Notes under the pieces: model-generated
What the model saw: the letters and a program-made list of their open reading frames with translations, nothing else
The model's database searches: none
Told to the model about the DNA's origin: nothing
NCBI RefSeq assembly: GCF_004010195.1
Contig: NC_057751.1
Span: 12,540,908 to 12,604,907, forward strand
Reading direction: 5' to 3'
DNA length: 64,000 nucleotides
Origin: Chiloscyllium plagiosum
Lineage: Eukaryota
Program-made: the position numbers and the translations under genes
Part shown: positions 1 through 12,480 of the stretch, piece after piece
Numbering within the stretch: the stretch's first letter is position 1
Layout: the number at the start of each line of letters is the position of its first letter

Positions 1-145
1 TGGCAACATAATATTCTTTCAAAAGAAAATGTGTAGAGTTGTTAGCGACGTGAACAAGGGTTAAGTTGACAGAGTGATATTGAAAAAGATGTGAGACCAA
101 AACTGAAGAGCCACAAAAACTCAGAGGTTCAGGGGAGGTGTGCTC

Positions 146-470
146 AATATATTAAAAATTATGAAGGGGCTTTGGTCATAAGTAGGACCTGTTTCCAATC
201 GCAAAAGAATTAATACCAAGAGGATACAGAATTAAGATAATGAACAAATGTCCTCGACATAACCGCCCTTAATGATCTCAGATGTGCTTCCTGACTTGGG
301 GGGAGGTTGGGTTTGGAAATAGGTTTAATAGTCACTTGCAAAAGGCCATAGGTGTATATTTGAAAGTAAAATTCAGAGCTTTGGAGAATGAACTGACAGT
401 GGGACCAATTAGAGATTTTTTTCCAAGAATCAGCACAGATTGACAGGCCAAATGGCCTCAGTCTGTGTTG
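146..470 (+). mobile_element. Old, highly diverged CR1-type LINE 3' end fragment
   Basis: AAAATTATGAAGGGG...CTGTTTCCAAT...ACCAAGAGGATACAGAATTAAGATAA...GGCCAAATGGCCTC resembles the CR1 ORF2 C-terminus and 3'UTR of younger copies in this window. Confidence 0.45.
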
Positions 471-734
471 ATTGTGTCATTTTCATTGCATTGTCACACA
501 GCAGACAGTCCACAGTCAGAATTTGCACTCCAGATGTTCCCATGTCAGATTAAATCAAGAAATATAAATAATTTAGAGAAAAATCCAGTCTTCAGAACCT
601 AGTGAATAAAGCTAAGCCTCTCAATAGCAGCTCACATCAGCCTTTCTACAGGCCAATCAGCATTATCACACTGGAAATTAATATTGGTGATTTGGACTTG
701 GCAGTCTGAAACAGTGCAGGTTTTGTGAAAGCAA

Positions 735-1690
735 GAGAGAGGCGGTATTGTGTGGCCCACCTCACGGGATGATGCTTGTCAGCAATCTGGTGATATAACG
801 AGCCTCTTTGGGGTAAAATAAAAATGGGCTGATTTTTTTTGCAGACGAACATGACTCAGCAACCTCGTTTGTTTCGGGAGCGAGCTGATCAGGACAGGAG
901 TTCTGCAGGTCGTTGAGGGAACTGAATGCCAAATCGCTTTCGCCATTGAATGAAATTGCGGCTGACAGAACGCTGCTTTGTGAAAGCGCTCAGAACACAA
1001 TCTAATGGCCAAAAATGGTGAACTTTACTGCAGCTTTGAGCAGTGGTTTTGATGGAGATGTTTGGGAAATAGAAGTCATTCCAAAGAACTCTTGCGCCTC
1101 GGCCACCTCTAATCTGTTAAATCTGGATTTTGGCTAAACTCAAAGCAGATGTTGCGTGTACACCCGAATTACAATGCGCATAGACATAACCGCCGCTTCA
1201 GAAATTGTATGAATCCATTACTAAGACCTGCAGGAGAACTGCTCATAATTTTAAATTATGTCAGCTCGGTTGCATTTTTAAGGAAAACTTTAAAAAATGT
1301 TTAGTCCCCCGCCAGGAATAGTCGAACTCCCAAAGCCTGCAGCTACTTCAATCCATACTCATTCTGAGAACGAAATTACTCCAACAATAATTGCTTTATG
1401 TGGAAATATTGCACAATGAATGTCAGGGTGTAGGGAAAAGACCCTTTGTTCCTCACTGATCTGGGCACGGTGACTGGGGCTGGATAGTACCGCCAGCTAT
1501 GCCTTTCTGTATGGGTTTTGTAGTGATTGGTAGGAGTAAAGGGTGATTGCAGGCGTGTCTTTCTGACTGGCTCCTTTGAAGAGTGAAAGTGCAAACGCGT
1601 GAAAGATAACAATTGAGATTTCCCTGCAGCTCTTGTGTCCTTCCGCGCTAACCTCTACGTTTGGAGGGAGCTGAGAGCCGAAACGTGTTG
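735..1690. promoter_or_regulatory. CpG-enriched unique segment, candidate enhancer or conserved non-coding element; ARE/MARE motif ATGACTCAGCA at 851-861
   Basis: CpG density by eye is clearly above the neighbouring unique DNA; no repeat similarity or credible ORF; consensus RTGACTCAGCA present. Confidence 0.3.
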
Positions 1691-2523
1691 GACATCTTCC
1701 CAAATCAACTTTTGGTGGACATCTTTCCAGTGTGAGACTTGCCAGTCACCAAATTTAATTCTTTTTAGGCTTGGTGCAGGGGAATGGAAGCAAGGTCACA
1801 TCTTAAACCCAACCAATGCATCATCTCCTGCTGTCTGTTTTAAGGGAATGGGTATGGATCTTGAGTTTCACCATTCTATTGACCATTATATTAAAGTCCA
1901 TAACATTCATAATTCAATAGGGATTCCAATTCATATGGAACTGCACCCAGTTGGGCTTTCCGGGATTTGGGAAAACTTGGCAGTAAATTACAGATGTAGT
2001 ATTCCTTTTAAAGCACTGCTTGTGAGGCCAGAACAAGGAAGAATAGACTTGCCTCTCATTATGATTGGCTCTGCACCCTGCATTCCCTCCCAACCTCTGG
2101 CCCACCATCCCTCCTAGTTTCCCCCCTGAATGCCAACTGAGCCTCCTCAGTACCTTTCATAGGCCCTTGCCTTTGCTTTCTGGCCTGGAAGATGATCACT
2201 TTACTCAGCTGTGAGAATACAAGAAAGATGATGAAGGATCACTCCATTCAATTACCTGAGATTACCATCCTACCCGTAACTCCCTACCACATGCTCCCTA
2301 GCTTCCAGCTTCCACTGTCCCACCAGGTTTTTGATGGGGTGTGCAGCTCAGAAAGGCATTGGTGAGGTTCTGGGACTAAAATAGCTCATTTCTGTCAGCA
2401 ACGCGAGCTGTCAGTTGAACCCTGAGGCCAAACTTTCTCATGGAATTCATGAAGCATGAGATTAAATAATGCCAAGCACTATTGGGCAAATCTTTGTGGA
2501 AACCCATGACAAATATCAGGAGA

Positions 2524-4330
2524 GGGAAGTCTTCAGAAATGAGATAACAAGAATCCAGAGAAAGTATATTCCTGTCAGCGTGAAAGGGAAGGCTGGTAGG
2601 TATAGGAAATGCTGGATGACTAAGAAATTGAGAGTTTGGTTAAGAAAAAGAAGGAAGCATATGTCAGGTATAGACAGAATAGATCGAGTGAATCCTGAGA
2701 AGAGTATAAAGGAAGTAGGAGTATACTTAAGAGGGAAATCAGGAGGGCAAAAAGGGGACATGAGATAGCTTTGGCAAATAGAATTAAGGAGAATCCAAAG
2801 GGCTTTTACGAATATATTAAAGACAACAGGGTAACTAGGGAGAGAATATGGCCCCTCGAAGATCAGCAAGGCGGCCTTTGTGTGGAACCACGGAAAATGG
2901 AAGAGATACTAAATGAATATTTTGCATCAGTATTTACTGTGGAAAAGGATATGGAAGATATAGACTTTAGGGAAATAGATGGTGACATCTTGCAAAATGT
3001 CCAGATTACAGAGGAGAAAGTGCTGGATGCCTTGAAACGGTTAAAGGTGGATAAACCCCCAGGACCTCACCAGGTGTACCCGAGAACTCTGTGAGAAGCT
3101 AGAGAAGTGATTGCTGGGCCTCTTGCTGAGATATTTGTATCAGCGATAGTCACAGGTGAGATGCTGGAAGACTGGAGGTTGGCAAACATGGTGCCACTGT
3201 TTAAGAAGGGCAGTGAAGACAAGCCAGGGAACTATAGACCAGTGAGCCTGACCTCAGTGGTGGGCAAGTTGTTGGAGGGAATCCTGAGGGACAGGATGTA
3301 CATGTATTTGGAANNNNNNNNNNNNNNNNNNNNNNNNNNNNNNNNNNNNNNNNNNNNNNNNNNNNNNNNNNNNNNNNNNNNNNNNNNNNNNNNNNNNNNN
3401 NNNNNNNNNNNNNNNNNNNNNNNNNNNNNNNNNNNNNNNNNNNNNNNNNNNNNNNNNNNNNNNNNNNNNNNNNNNNNNNNNNNNNNNNNNNNNNNNNNNN
3501 NNNNNNNNNNNNNNNNNNNNNNNNNNNNNNNNNNNNNNNNNNNNNNNNNNNNNNNNNNNNNNNNNNNNNNNNNNNNNNNNNNNNNNNNNNNNNNNNNNNN
3601 NNNNNNNNNNNNNNNNNNNNNNNNNNNNNNNNNNNNNNNNNNNNNNNNNNNNNNNNNNNNNNNNNNNNNNNNNNNNNNNNNNNNNNNNNNNNNNNNNNNN
3701 NNNNNNNNNNNNNNNNNNNNNNNNNNNNNNNNNNNNNNNNNNNNNNNNNNNNNNNNNNNNNNNNNNNNNNNNNNNNNNNNNNNNNNNNNNNNNNNNNNNN
3801 NNNNNNNNNNNNNNNNNNNNNNNNNNNNNNNNNNNNNNNNNNNNNNNNNNNNNNNNNNNNNNNNNNNNNNNNNNNNNNNNNNNNNNNNNNNNNNNNNNNN
3901 NNNNNNNNNNNNNNNNNNNNNNNNNNNNNNNNNNNNNNNNNNNNNNNNNNNNNNNNNNNNNNNNNNNNNNNNNNNNNNNNNNTGAGGGGCATGGATAGGA
4001 TAAATAGGCAAAGTCTTTTCCCTGGGGTCGGGGAGTCCAGAACTAGAGGGCATAGGTTTAGGGTGAGAGGGGAAAGATATAAAAGAGACCTAAGGGGCAA
4101 CTTTTTCACGCAGAGGGTGGTACGTGTATGGAATGTGCTCCCAAAGGATGTGGTGGAGGCTGGTACAATTGCAACATTTAAGAGGCATTTGGATGGGTAT
4201 ATGAATAGGAAGGGTTTGGAGGGATATGGGCCGGGTGCTGGCAGGTGGGACTAGATTGGGTTGGGATATCTGGTCGGCATGGACAGGCTGGACCGAAGGG
4301 TCTGTTTCCATCTCTATGACTCTATGACTC
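2524..4330 (+). mobile_element. 5'-truncated CR1-clade LINE (HER1-like), ORF2 RT region to 3' tail, spanning an assembly gap
   Basis: Translates to ENPKGFYEYIK...LNEYFASVFT...DKPPGP...EDWRLANMVPLFKKG...PGNYRPVSLTSVVGKLLE and SRTRGHRF...FFTQRVVRVWN; (TCTATGAC)n tail; stops and frameshifts. Confidence 0.93.
3314..3982. other. Assembly gap (N run) inside a young CR1 copy
   Basis: Run of N. Confidence 0.99.
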
Positions 4331-5082
4331 CAAGTGTTCGAAAGAATGTAGTAAAATGGGAACCATTTCATCTTGCTTTTGACTTCCAGAACTGCAGCAG
4401 ATTTTAAGTATTCACCCCATGTTTTACAGAATTGCAATTAGTGTTTGGCTAAAATCCCAGCAAAACTGTTGGAGAGGGATTTAAAAAAGGGTTCTGAATC
4501 CTGTGTTCAGCAGCACAAATCAATTTTTATTGGGAGCTCCTTTACCACATGTGTGGGAGAGGCCAGAGACCACTGGGAATCTGACTTTTACTTGGGGCCC
4601 ACTTGCTCTCAACCATTGCTCAGATCAAAGGTCAGTGACACTCTCCCTTTCCAATTAAACACATGATATTTCTACATACTGCCTTACAATGGTTACATGC
4701 AGCATTGACATCAGTGCCGGCCACATCTTCTCTGGCCTTCACATTCAATCCTGTGAATAGCCGATCAATGATGGACACTTCTTGGTCCGCTTATGTCCAC
4801 TCATCATCTCGTGATGTTTGCCAGATCCCCTATCACCTGTCCTTGGGTTCTTATGATTATTGACCACATTCCAACAGCAAGTGTTGTGTCTCTTCCTAGA
4901 CATTTGCCAGGCGCATCAATTACTTGCTGATGACTAATAACTTTTCAAATTTAGTCATGCAAATCATATCCCTTGCTGATCTTAGTACAGAAGATTAAAA
5001 AGGATGTTCATTTTCTAATATTTGTAATATCAGCTCCACATAAAGTTATATATAGTTAAATCTAATACCATGATACTGTGAC

Positions 5083-5280
5083 AAAGTGAGGACTGCAGAT
5101 GCTGGAGATCAGAGCTTAAAAATGTGTTGCTGGAAAAGCACAGCAGGTCAGGCTGAAGAAGGGCTTATGCCTGAAATGTCGATTCTCCTGCTCCTTTGAT
5201 GCTGCCTGACCTGCTGCGCTTTTCCAGCAACACATTTTTAAGCTCTGATCTCCAGCATCTGCAGTCCTCACTTTCTCCTA
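5083..5280. mobile_element. Penelope pLTR-derived fold-back mini-element (71-bp inverted arms 5083-5153 and 5204-5274)
   Basis: Arms are reverse complements with one mismatch; sequence matches the PLE termini at 10350-10482 and 57515-57610. Confidence 0.88.
5153..5182 (+). ncRNA. Minimal hammerhead ribozyme motif, CpG-decayed
   Basis: CTGAAGA-A-GGGC-TTAT-GCCT-GAA-ATGT-C-GA. Confidence 0.6.
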
Positions 5281-7274
5281 ATGATTTTAGGAACAGCTTC
5301 CCTCTTATCTGACTCGTAAAGTAGTAGTTGTTTATTCTATTGGTTTTAGTGACCCTGTTTCAAAATTGGTTCAGCCCCCCCTTACTACATTATTCGTCTC
5401 TTGGTACTCATATGAAATTATCTTGTTTATACCTTCTTGTTGTTCTAATCTTCAAGCTGACAGAGAAAACATTTCTTCAAGGGTATTTATTGAAACCAGT
5501 CTCTGCATCCAAGGCTAACTGCCTTGGGAAATTTAATTCCCCAATATCTAATATTCTATTCTTATTTGACTATGTGTCTGCTCTAATATGTGATTATCAT
5601 TATTGAAAAGGCTTGTCTCAGGTAGGTTAAGCTTTCCCTTTCTGTTTCGTACAAAAATCAGAAATCTCAAATCAGATGGTTTTCACCTGAGCTGCCTTAT
5701 CAGAGTCTTACTGTTTGCATTCTGGCCCCATCTCACGAAGACTCAGAGGCATTTTGATGTCTGCATGTGAAGACCATGATTTGAGCTATATGAAATGCTA
5801 CCTCAGTTAAAATTTCTCTCGATTGTGTCAGTTAAAAGAAAACCCCTCATAGACATTTTATCATCTTCAGCCATGGGCAACTACATCAAACATGAGCAAC
5901 CCAGCTTCATTGAAACACTTCAGAAATGTGAGACTTGAATCAGGAAAAAGAATACAATACTTCCAGCTGAATCTTTCCTGTTAAATCAATGTCTCTCCAC
6001 CTTTCCACCTTCTCCTCCATTCAACTCAATGCAGTCTCACCAAGTTGGGGTGAATTGGACACCATTCTCCCTATCCTGCTCTCACCATGCCAGCTCAAAT
6101 CACTAGTTCAACTCCAGCTAAGAAGGAAACCTGCATGCTGCATGTGGCTAAGTATGACCCTGGGCTGTTGGGAGAGCCTTCAGTATGGATTGTATAGGGA
6201 CTACTAATGTGGAGGTAAAATGGGAAGTGGGTGCTTTTAATATAACTGGTCCGCTAGGATGTTACGAATGACAAATCAGGACAGGACCAGCAAGTTTCTC
6301 AATGGGAATTATATTGTAGACAGATGGGCAAGAACCTGTCACTTGCCAAGGCTCGGAAGCTTTTATCTACTGTTATAAATGTTTATCTACACAGGGCAGT
6401 CTCAAATAAAGAGCATGGAAGCCACAAAGTAAATTAAAGACATAAAGGATTAGAAAGTGCAAAAAGTTTTCCTCATGTAAGGAACATCATTTGTTTCAGT
6501 CTGACAGGAAATCTGAGGATCAGGCTGTGCAGTGGAGAAACAGATGCCATCGTTGGGTCATTCCATTCATGGATGACTTTGTGGTGGTCCAGTCAACATT
6601 CAATGAGGCTTAAAAAACTGGCTTAAAACGAGCCTAAATGTACAGCACATTTTCCACTCTGGACTCAAATTACAAATGCTAGATGTTCAAGACCAGGGGC
6701 TCACATCTTATGACAGCATACAGGGCTGTATCCCATGATATCAGGAAGAGATGGGCCATGACCCATGAATTCAGCAACAACATTTTATGATATAGACTGA
6801 TACAGTCATGTACAAAAACAGTTATATCATCATGTGCATATTGTGCCCACGTTAAAATATATGGTATCCTGTCCATGCATGTGCATCTTGTGTCCACCTG
6901 TAAATGGTGTACATTTGTCTAATAGCTGGACAACTCCCCATGGTCATTTAAAACAAAATTGTTTTAAAACAAGGTTGCATCAAGGTTGTCAATGTAGACA
7001 CATAATGATAGAAAATGCAATGAAATTCCCCAAAATAAATAAGTAAGGACCTTTTTTTAAAGCAGCATAAAAGCAAAATCATTCTTTAAAATATTTTGCG
7101 AACCTGTATCAGAACAAATAGATGTTTCCCCAAACAGATAAAGTTAGACCCAGTCTGTTCAGTTCTGCCCAGTCAAGAATATTACAGTTGATACATTGGC
7201 CCTGAGTGAAAGACATTAGCCTTTACCACTGAAGGTGAGCAAGGTTGACTTATTTATCACAGTTTTTTTGATTT

Positions 7275-7385
7275 TTAATCAACTTGTTCAGATGTGTTAT
7301 AACGCACCTCTACATTAGGTAGGACTTGAAGCTAGGACCTTCTGGCTCAGATGTAGGAGCACTACCACTCAATCACCAGAGACTC
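7275..7385 (-). mobile_element. Short tRNA-derived SINE-like fragment (related pieces near 12965-13070 + and 15858-15950 -)
   Basis: Shared TCAAC.TGTTCAGAT.TGTTA motif; degenerate A/B-box-like head on the minus strand (AGTGGTAGTGCTCC...TTCAAGTCC). Confidence 0.45.
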
Positions 7386-7864
7386 TGTCTGGTAGGTTGC
7401 CAACATACTCAACTGCATGACTATTGGTGATTAATGGAATAAGATGCCTGAGATATTACAATGTGAAGATTCAATTACAGTCCATTTAAATGTGAAATTG
7501 ACAAACCAGGCTGAGGGAACACTGGAAAGAAATCTTTCTGGTTCTTTGTCTTGACTTAAGAATGGATGTTTGTTTTAAATGAGCAAATTCTTACCTAAAG
7601 TGCACACATAGGAATGTTTGTGCACAAAGAGCTTTTGAGGAAGGTGGTAGAAGAAACAGGGAAGGGTCTGGCTCAGTCCCAGACTCAGATTTCTCTTGTT
7701 GTCTTGTACGAATCGCTCAAGTTCACACTCACATGCACACACACACAAAACCAAATAAATGCACTCTCACAGTCACTGTCACATATTCATTCTCATGTAT
7801 ACCTATACTCACTAGTTTTCCACTTCATGCAATTCATCTCGCACATTCTGCTGGTGGTGTAGGG

Positions 7865-8785
7865 AGGAAGCATTCAAGGTTGTGGAGAGCTTGATGAACA
7901 AGCTTTGCCCTGGATGGTGTGTGACGCTGGAACTGCACCCATTCAGGTAAGTACGTGGAGAGTATTCCAACACACTCCTAACTTCTGCCTTAGTTTGAGG
8001 GAAGGTTTTTGGAAGACAAGAGATGAATTACTCAATGCTAGTCTCTGACCTGCTCTTATAGCCTCAGTATTGATTTTAAAAAATCTAGTTTAGATTGTGG
8101 TCAATGGTAGAACTTAGGTCATTGTTAGTGGGAGATTCACTGATAGTAGTACCATTGAATATCAAGGAGCAATGAGTAACCTCTCTCTTTTTGGAGATGG
8201 TCATTGCCTGGAACTTTCCTACTTTGATAATGAGCTGCCACTTATCAGCCCAAGCCTTAATGTTCTCCAGGCCTTACTGCATGCAAACACAGATTGCTGC
8301 AGTAACTTGAGTGGTCATGAGTGGTGCTGGACATTGTGCAATCATTAGCCAATATTCCCGTTCCTGAACTTTTGATGAAGCAATGCTAAAGTAACTGAGG
8401 ATAATTGGGCCATGGACTCAGTCCTCAGGAATTCATGTAGTGATAGATGACTGATCTGCAACAACCAGAACAATTTTCCTTAGAGCTAGATATTACTTCT
8501 ACCACCATTGCCCGCCTCCACTGAAGGTGACTCCCAAATAAACTCTGAAAGTATATGATGGAGGAGCCCATTGTTCATTTTGTTTTCCTTCCTTCTGTCT
8601 TTGATTGGAAATAATCATTCAAATGCAGCCTTGATGTCAAGGGTGATCACTCACACCTCACATCATGAACTTGGATCTTTTGTCCTTGTCCAAGATTTTA
8701 GTCAGGTCAGGTGTGGCGTTACCTTTGTAGAACCCAAGCTGAGTGTCAGCGAGCAAGTCATTGTTATGTAAACGTTGCTTAATCA
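7865..8785 (-). mobile_element. Old CR1/L2-group LINE RT region, degenerate
   Basis: Reverse complement aligns by eye with 55545-55800 (AAGGCA.A.GT.AGGAGTGTG.TGGAATAC) and 20865-21110. Confidence 0.65.
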
Positions 8786-9890
8786 CTTGTCAAATCCACC
8801 ATCCTTCACAAAAACATTTGAAGATCTGGACAATTCTGTCACCATTTGCCAACAATTCAACTGCAGCAGAACGTGGTTACATACTCCAGCCAAGATGATA
8901 AGAAACAATTCAAGACCTGGTGGTTTCCAGTATAGCAATAATAACACTCTAGTGCGTTTGCTAATTTGACGTGACAAATTTGTTGAATAAGCAGTTTCAT
9001 TCACAGCAGGAAATTACACAGTACACTTTTATATTTTTAAAGGCTTTTGCAAGTGTTTATCTACCTGCAAACTAGTAACGTTAAGAACACTCAGGGAATT
9101 AAGGAATCAGGTTGTTTTAATAGTTGAAACTGCCGAGAAAAGCTTCAACACGTAGAATCAGCCTTTGAAATCATCACAAAGAATGTATTGAATTGAAATA
9201 TTCAGGTTGTGTACAATTGTGTAAAACAGCAGAGTAATATCGTGAAATCCTTCTGGGTATGGTTTTGTATGATGATTTTTCATATTTTAAACAATGCAAA
9301 AGGTTGAATTTTTTTCTTTAACCATGACTTAATGCATAGCATACTTGCTTTTGTATCAGAGATTGTGGATCAACCCTCCCACTCCAGAGACTTGAGCACA
9401 AAATCTTGGCTGACACTCCAGTACTGAGGTAGTGCTGCACTGTTTGAGTTGCCCTGTACTACAGCTCTCAGAACACCATGGATATCACTCTGTGGAATTC
9501 ACTATACCAGCAATAATGAGGAAATAATTGCACATGAACAGAGCACAGAATTTTATTCCATCTTTCTTTTTTCGCTTCTGTTGGAAATGATAGATTGGAG
9601 ATTCTAGGCATTTGATACATCCCTTGAATCAGAGAACCCTGCCTGTTGCTTTCAGCTACTTCTATTGAAAACAAAAGAACAAAAGATTTGCATTCACATA
9701 GCACCTTGCACAACCTCAGGGTATCCAAAGCATTTCTCAGCCAACTAACCTCCATGTACAGCGCATCATCCGCTGCCATTTCCGCCACCCCACTAACCTC
9801 CATGTACAGCGCATCATCCGCCGCCATTTCCGCCACCTCCAAACGGACCCCACCACCAAGGATATATTTCCCTCCCCTCCCCTACCAGCA

Positions 9891-10268
9891 NNNNNNNNNN
9901 NNNNNNNNNNNNNNNNNNNNNNNNNNNNNNNNNNNNNNNNNNNNNNNNNNNNNNNNNNNNNNNNNNNNNNNNNNNNNNNNNNNNNNNNNNNNNNNNNNNN
10001 NNNNNNNNNNNNNNNNNNNNNNNNNNNNNNNNNNNNNNNNNNNNNNNNNNNNNNNNNNNNNNNNNNNNNNNNNNNNNNNNNNNNNNNNNNNNNNNNNNNN
10101 NNNNNNNNNNNNNNNNNNNNNNNNNNNNNNNNNNNNNNNNNNNNNNNNNNNNNNNNNNNNNNNNNNNNNNNNNNNNNNNNNNNNNNNNNNNNNNNNNNNN
10201 NNNNNNNNNNNNNNNNNNNNNNNNNNNNNNNNNNNNNNNNNNNNNNNNNNNNNNNNNNNNNNNNNNNN
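9891..10268. other. Assembly gap (N run) inside a Penelope copy
   Basis: Run of N. Confidence 0.99.
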
Positions 10269-10354
10269 TTTCCACCTATCACATTTCCGACGTCCCTCCC
10301 CCAAGTCCCTCCTCCCTATTTTTTATCTTAGCCTGCTGGACCAACTTTCCTCAT

Positions 10355-10386
10355 TCCTGAAGAAGGGCTAATGCCCGAAACGTCGA
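10355..10386 (+). ncRNA. Minimal hammerhead ribozyme, intact core
   Basis: TC-CTGAAGA-A-GGGC-TAAT-GCCC-GAA-ACGT-C-GA; palindromic ACGT in stem III position; GUC cleavage triplet. Confidence 0.8.
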
Positions 10387-12149
10387 TTCTCCTGTTCCCT
10401 AGATGCTGCCTGACCTGCTGCGCTTTTCCAGCAACACATTTCCATCTCTGATCTCCAGCATCTGCAGACCTCACTTTCTCCTCAAAGATTTCTCAGCCAA
10501 AGAAGAACTTTAGTATCCAACAGGTGTTGTTATCCATGATTTACAATAATAGCCAGGTTGTGCAATGAAGGTACCACAGATAGTAATGTGATACTTACTA
10601 GATCATCTATTTTTGTGATGTTAATCAAGAGACAGATACTGGTTAGAACACTGGAGATAACTTGCCTACTCTTCTATGAAATTGTGCCATTGGATCTTTG
10701 ACATCAATTTGACAGGGCTGCTAGAGACTTGTTATGAAGTCTCACCCAAAAGACATCATCTCCTGACAATTTAGAGCAGTGGGCTAAATAAAACATGGGG
10801 CGGGATGGTTGTAGTGGCAGGTGAATTCCTGTTCTTGTCAGCAAAAACTGAAGAAGTGTTTTCAAAGTAGATTGCATAATATCTCTAAAAATAGCACTAT
10901 GTAAATACCCCCTGTTGTGCTTGCTCCTTCTGCACTGTCACAAAGCTGATGCACGCATTAAAATATTGCACTTTGAATACATTGGAATTGAAACACATTT
11001 CAATTGTCAGCAATTTGAGTCAAGAGAACACATGTATTTATGTAGTTGCTTACCACATCGTCAGAGCATTCCAAAATGCTTCATCATGATGAGACAAATA
11101 GAATTACTAGGGAAATGAAGCAGCTCATAGACAACTGCCAGGTCTGTCCTGCTCAGTGTTGATCAAGGCTTCTATTTTCCATGGCCTGTAAAGATCGGTG
11201 CATCAGAGAATCTGACATGATTTTCATCTTGCAGGGGAAGGACTTTTGTCAAAGCATTTTTTTCTTCCATTCTTTTTTGGATTGTTCACACTTGATGGAC
11301 CTCCCCCTGCCCCAATTCCCTGTGGCTATGAATCTTGTCTCTCTGAAGCTTCTGCAAAGACTGCAAACAGACAAAGGTACTAAAGGACCGATGTGCTGTG
11401 CAAGTCGTAACACCAACAGCACAACAATCATCAGCATTTATTGGAGCCTTCAATTTAGGAAAAACATTCCAGGGCACTTCACATGAATACCATCAAACTC
11501 GAAAGAAAGAATGGATTGTACTTTACTCTGGGTCTTCAACTGTGCAATCCTTGGGGATGGTGTGGTGGTTAGTGGGCCTCAGTATGTCTCAGTTTGCCTC
11601 TGCTAAATCTGTGTTCTCAGCAACAAGGCATGGGGTGGGGGGGTGGGTTCGGGGAGTGGGGTGGGTCAGACATGTCTTCTGACCTTTAACCTTTTGTTTC
11701 ACTGCTCACCATAATTGCAGAATACTGCCCTCTTGGCAAAAGACAATTAAACAATTTGTCACTTCAATTGTCTGTCAGTCAACGCTGACCCTATTCAGTA
11801 AGTCTGCACATGTTTTTTTTAGTCTGCTTGTCTAGCCACATTAGCAGAGAAAATGGCACCTTTGTTATCCCTTTCATAGCAAAAATGCACCAAGCCTTCC
11901 TATTCAGCTGCCTGTTGCACTAATTGAGGAGTCTGTAACTAGACTGCAGAATAGATTGTCTGATGATTGTTGTAAGTAGTAGTCACATGACAACATGAAA
12001 AATAATGACAATATCTTCTACTTTCTTTCTGTATACTCAAATTCCCATCAGTGTGACCTTTTTGATACTTAAATGTTCAAACATGGAAGATTGAAATAGA
12101 CAAGTACAGTGCTGAGTGAGATCACAACTCCCTTCAAGCAAGCTGCATT

Positions 12150-12480
12150 GAATCATAGAGCACAGAGGGAGCCCTTTGGCCTATGACGCTTCTATTCTTT
12201 AAAAGAGCTGTCCCATTAGTTCCCACTTCCCTCTTTGTCCTGCAAAGATTTTCTTCCTTTTCAATACTTTATCAAATTCCCTTTTGTAAGTTAGTATTGA
12301 ATCTGCTTCTACAAGCCTTTCAGGCAGTGTAGTAACAACTTGTTACATTTCAAAAATAGATTCTTCTCACCTATTTATTTTGCTAATAATCATAAACCTA
12401 TGGTCAGCAGGTTATTGATCCTGCAGCTAGTGGAAACGTATTTAACCTAAAAATTCCTCAGAAGTTTGAATGCAGCTGCT
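12150..12480 (-). mobile_element. Old CR1-type LINE 3' end
   Basis: GAATCATAGAGCACAGAGGGAGCCCTTTGGCC...TTGAATCTGCTTCTACAAGCCTTTCAGGCAG is typical of a reverse CR1 3'UTR. Confidence 0.5.

Larger units (their letters stand above)
9745..10487 (+). mobile_element. 5'-truncated Penelope-like element (linker region to pLTR) with 13-bp TSD ATTTCTCAGCCAA (9732-9744 / 10488-10500)
   Basis: Encodes TNLHVQRIIRRHFRHLQTDPTTKDIFPSPP, homologous to 58300-58400 (-); ends in a pLTR with a hammerhead; exact flanking direct repeat. Confidence 0.9.
9670..10780 (-). mobile_element. Ancient SacSINE1/DeuSINE-like SINE interrupted by the Penelope insertion at 9745-10487
   Basis: TTGCATT.A.ATAGCACCTT.CACAACCTCAGG...CCAAAGCATTTC.CAGCCAA continues after 10500; homologous to 36235-36545. 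Confidence 0.55.

Noticed and set aside
1635..2117. 160-aa ORF
   Set aside because: Non-ATG start, no recognisable domain, no convincing splice context
3107..4109. Long ORFs of 270-300 aa in the ORF track
   Set aside because: Artefacts of reading through the N gap; the real parts are CR1 ORF2
5083..5280. MITE or pre-miRNA interpretation of the hairpins
   Set aside because: Arms match Penelope pLTR and related copies carry 10-14 bp variable TSDs, unlike the fixed short TSDs of DNA transposons; no evidence for miRNA processing
9646..10371. ORFs with repeated LTSMYSASSAAISAT
   Set aside because: Off-frame reading of the 48-bp Penelope duplication plus the N gap
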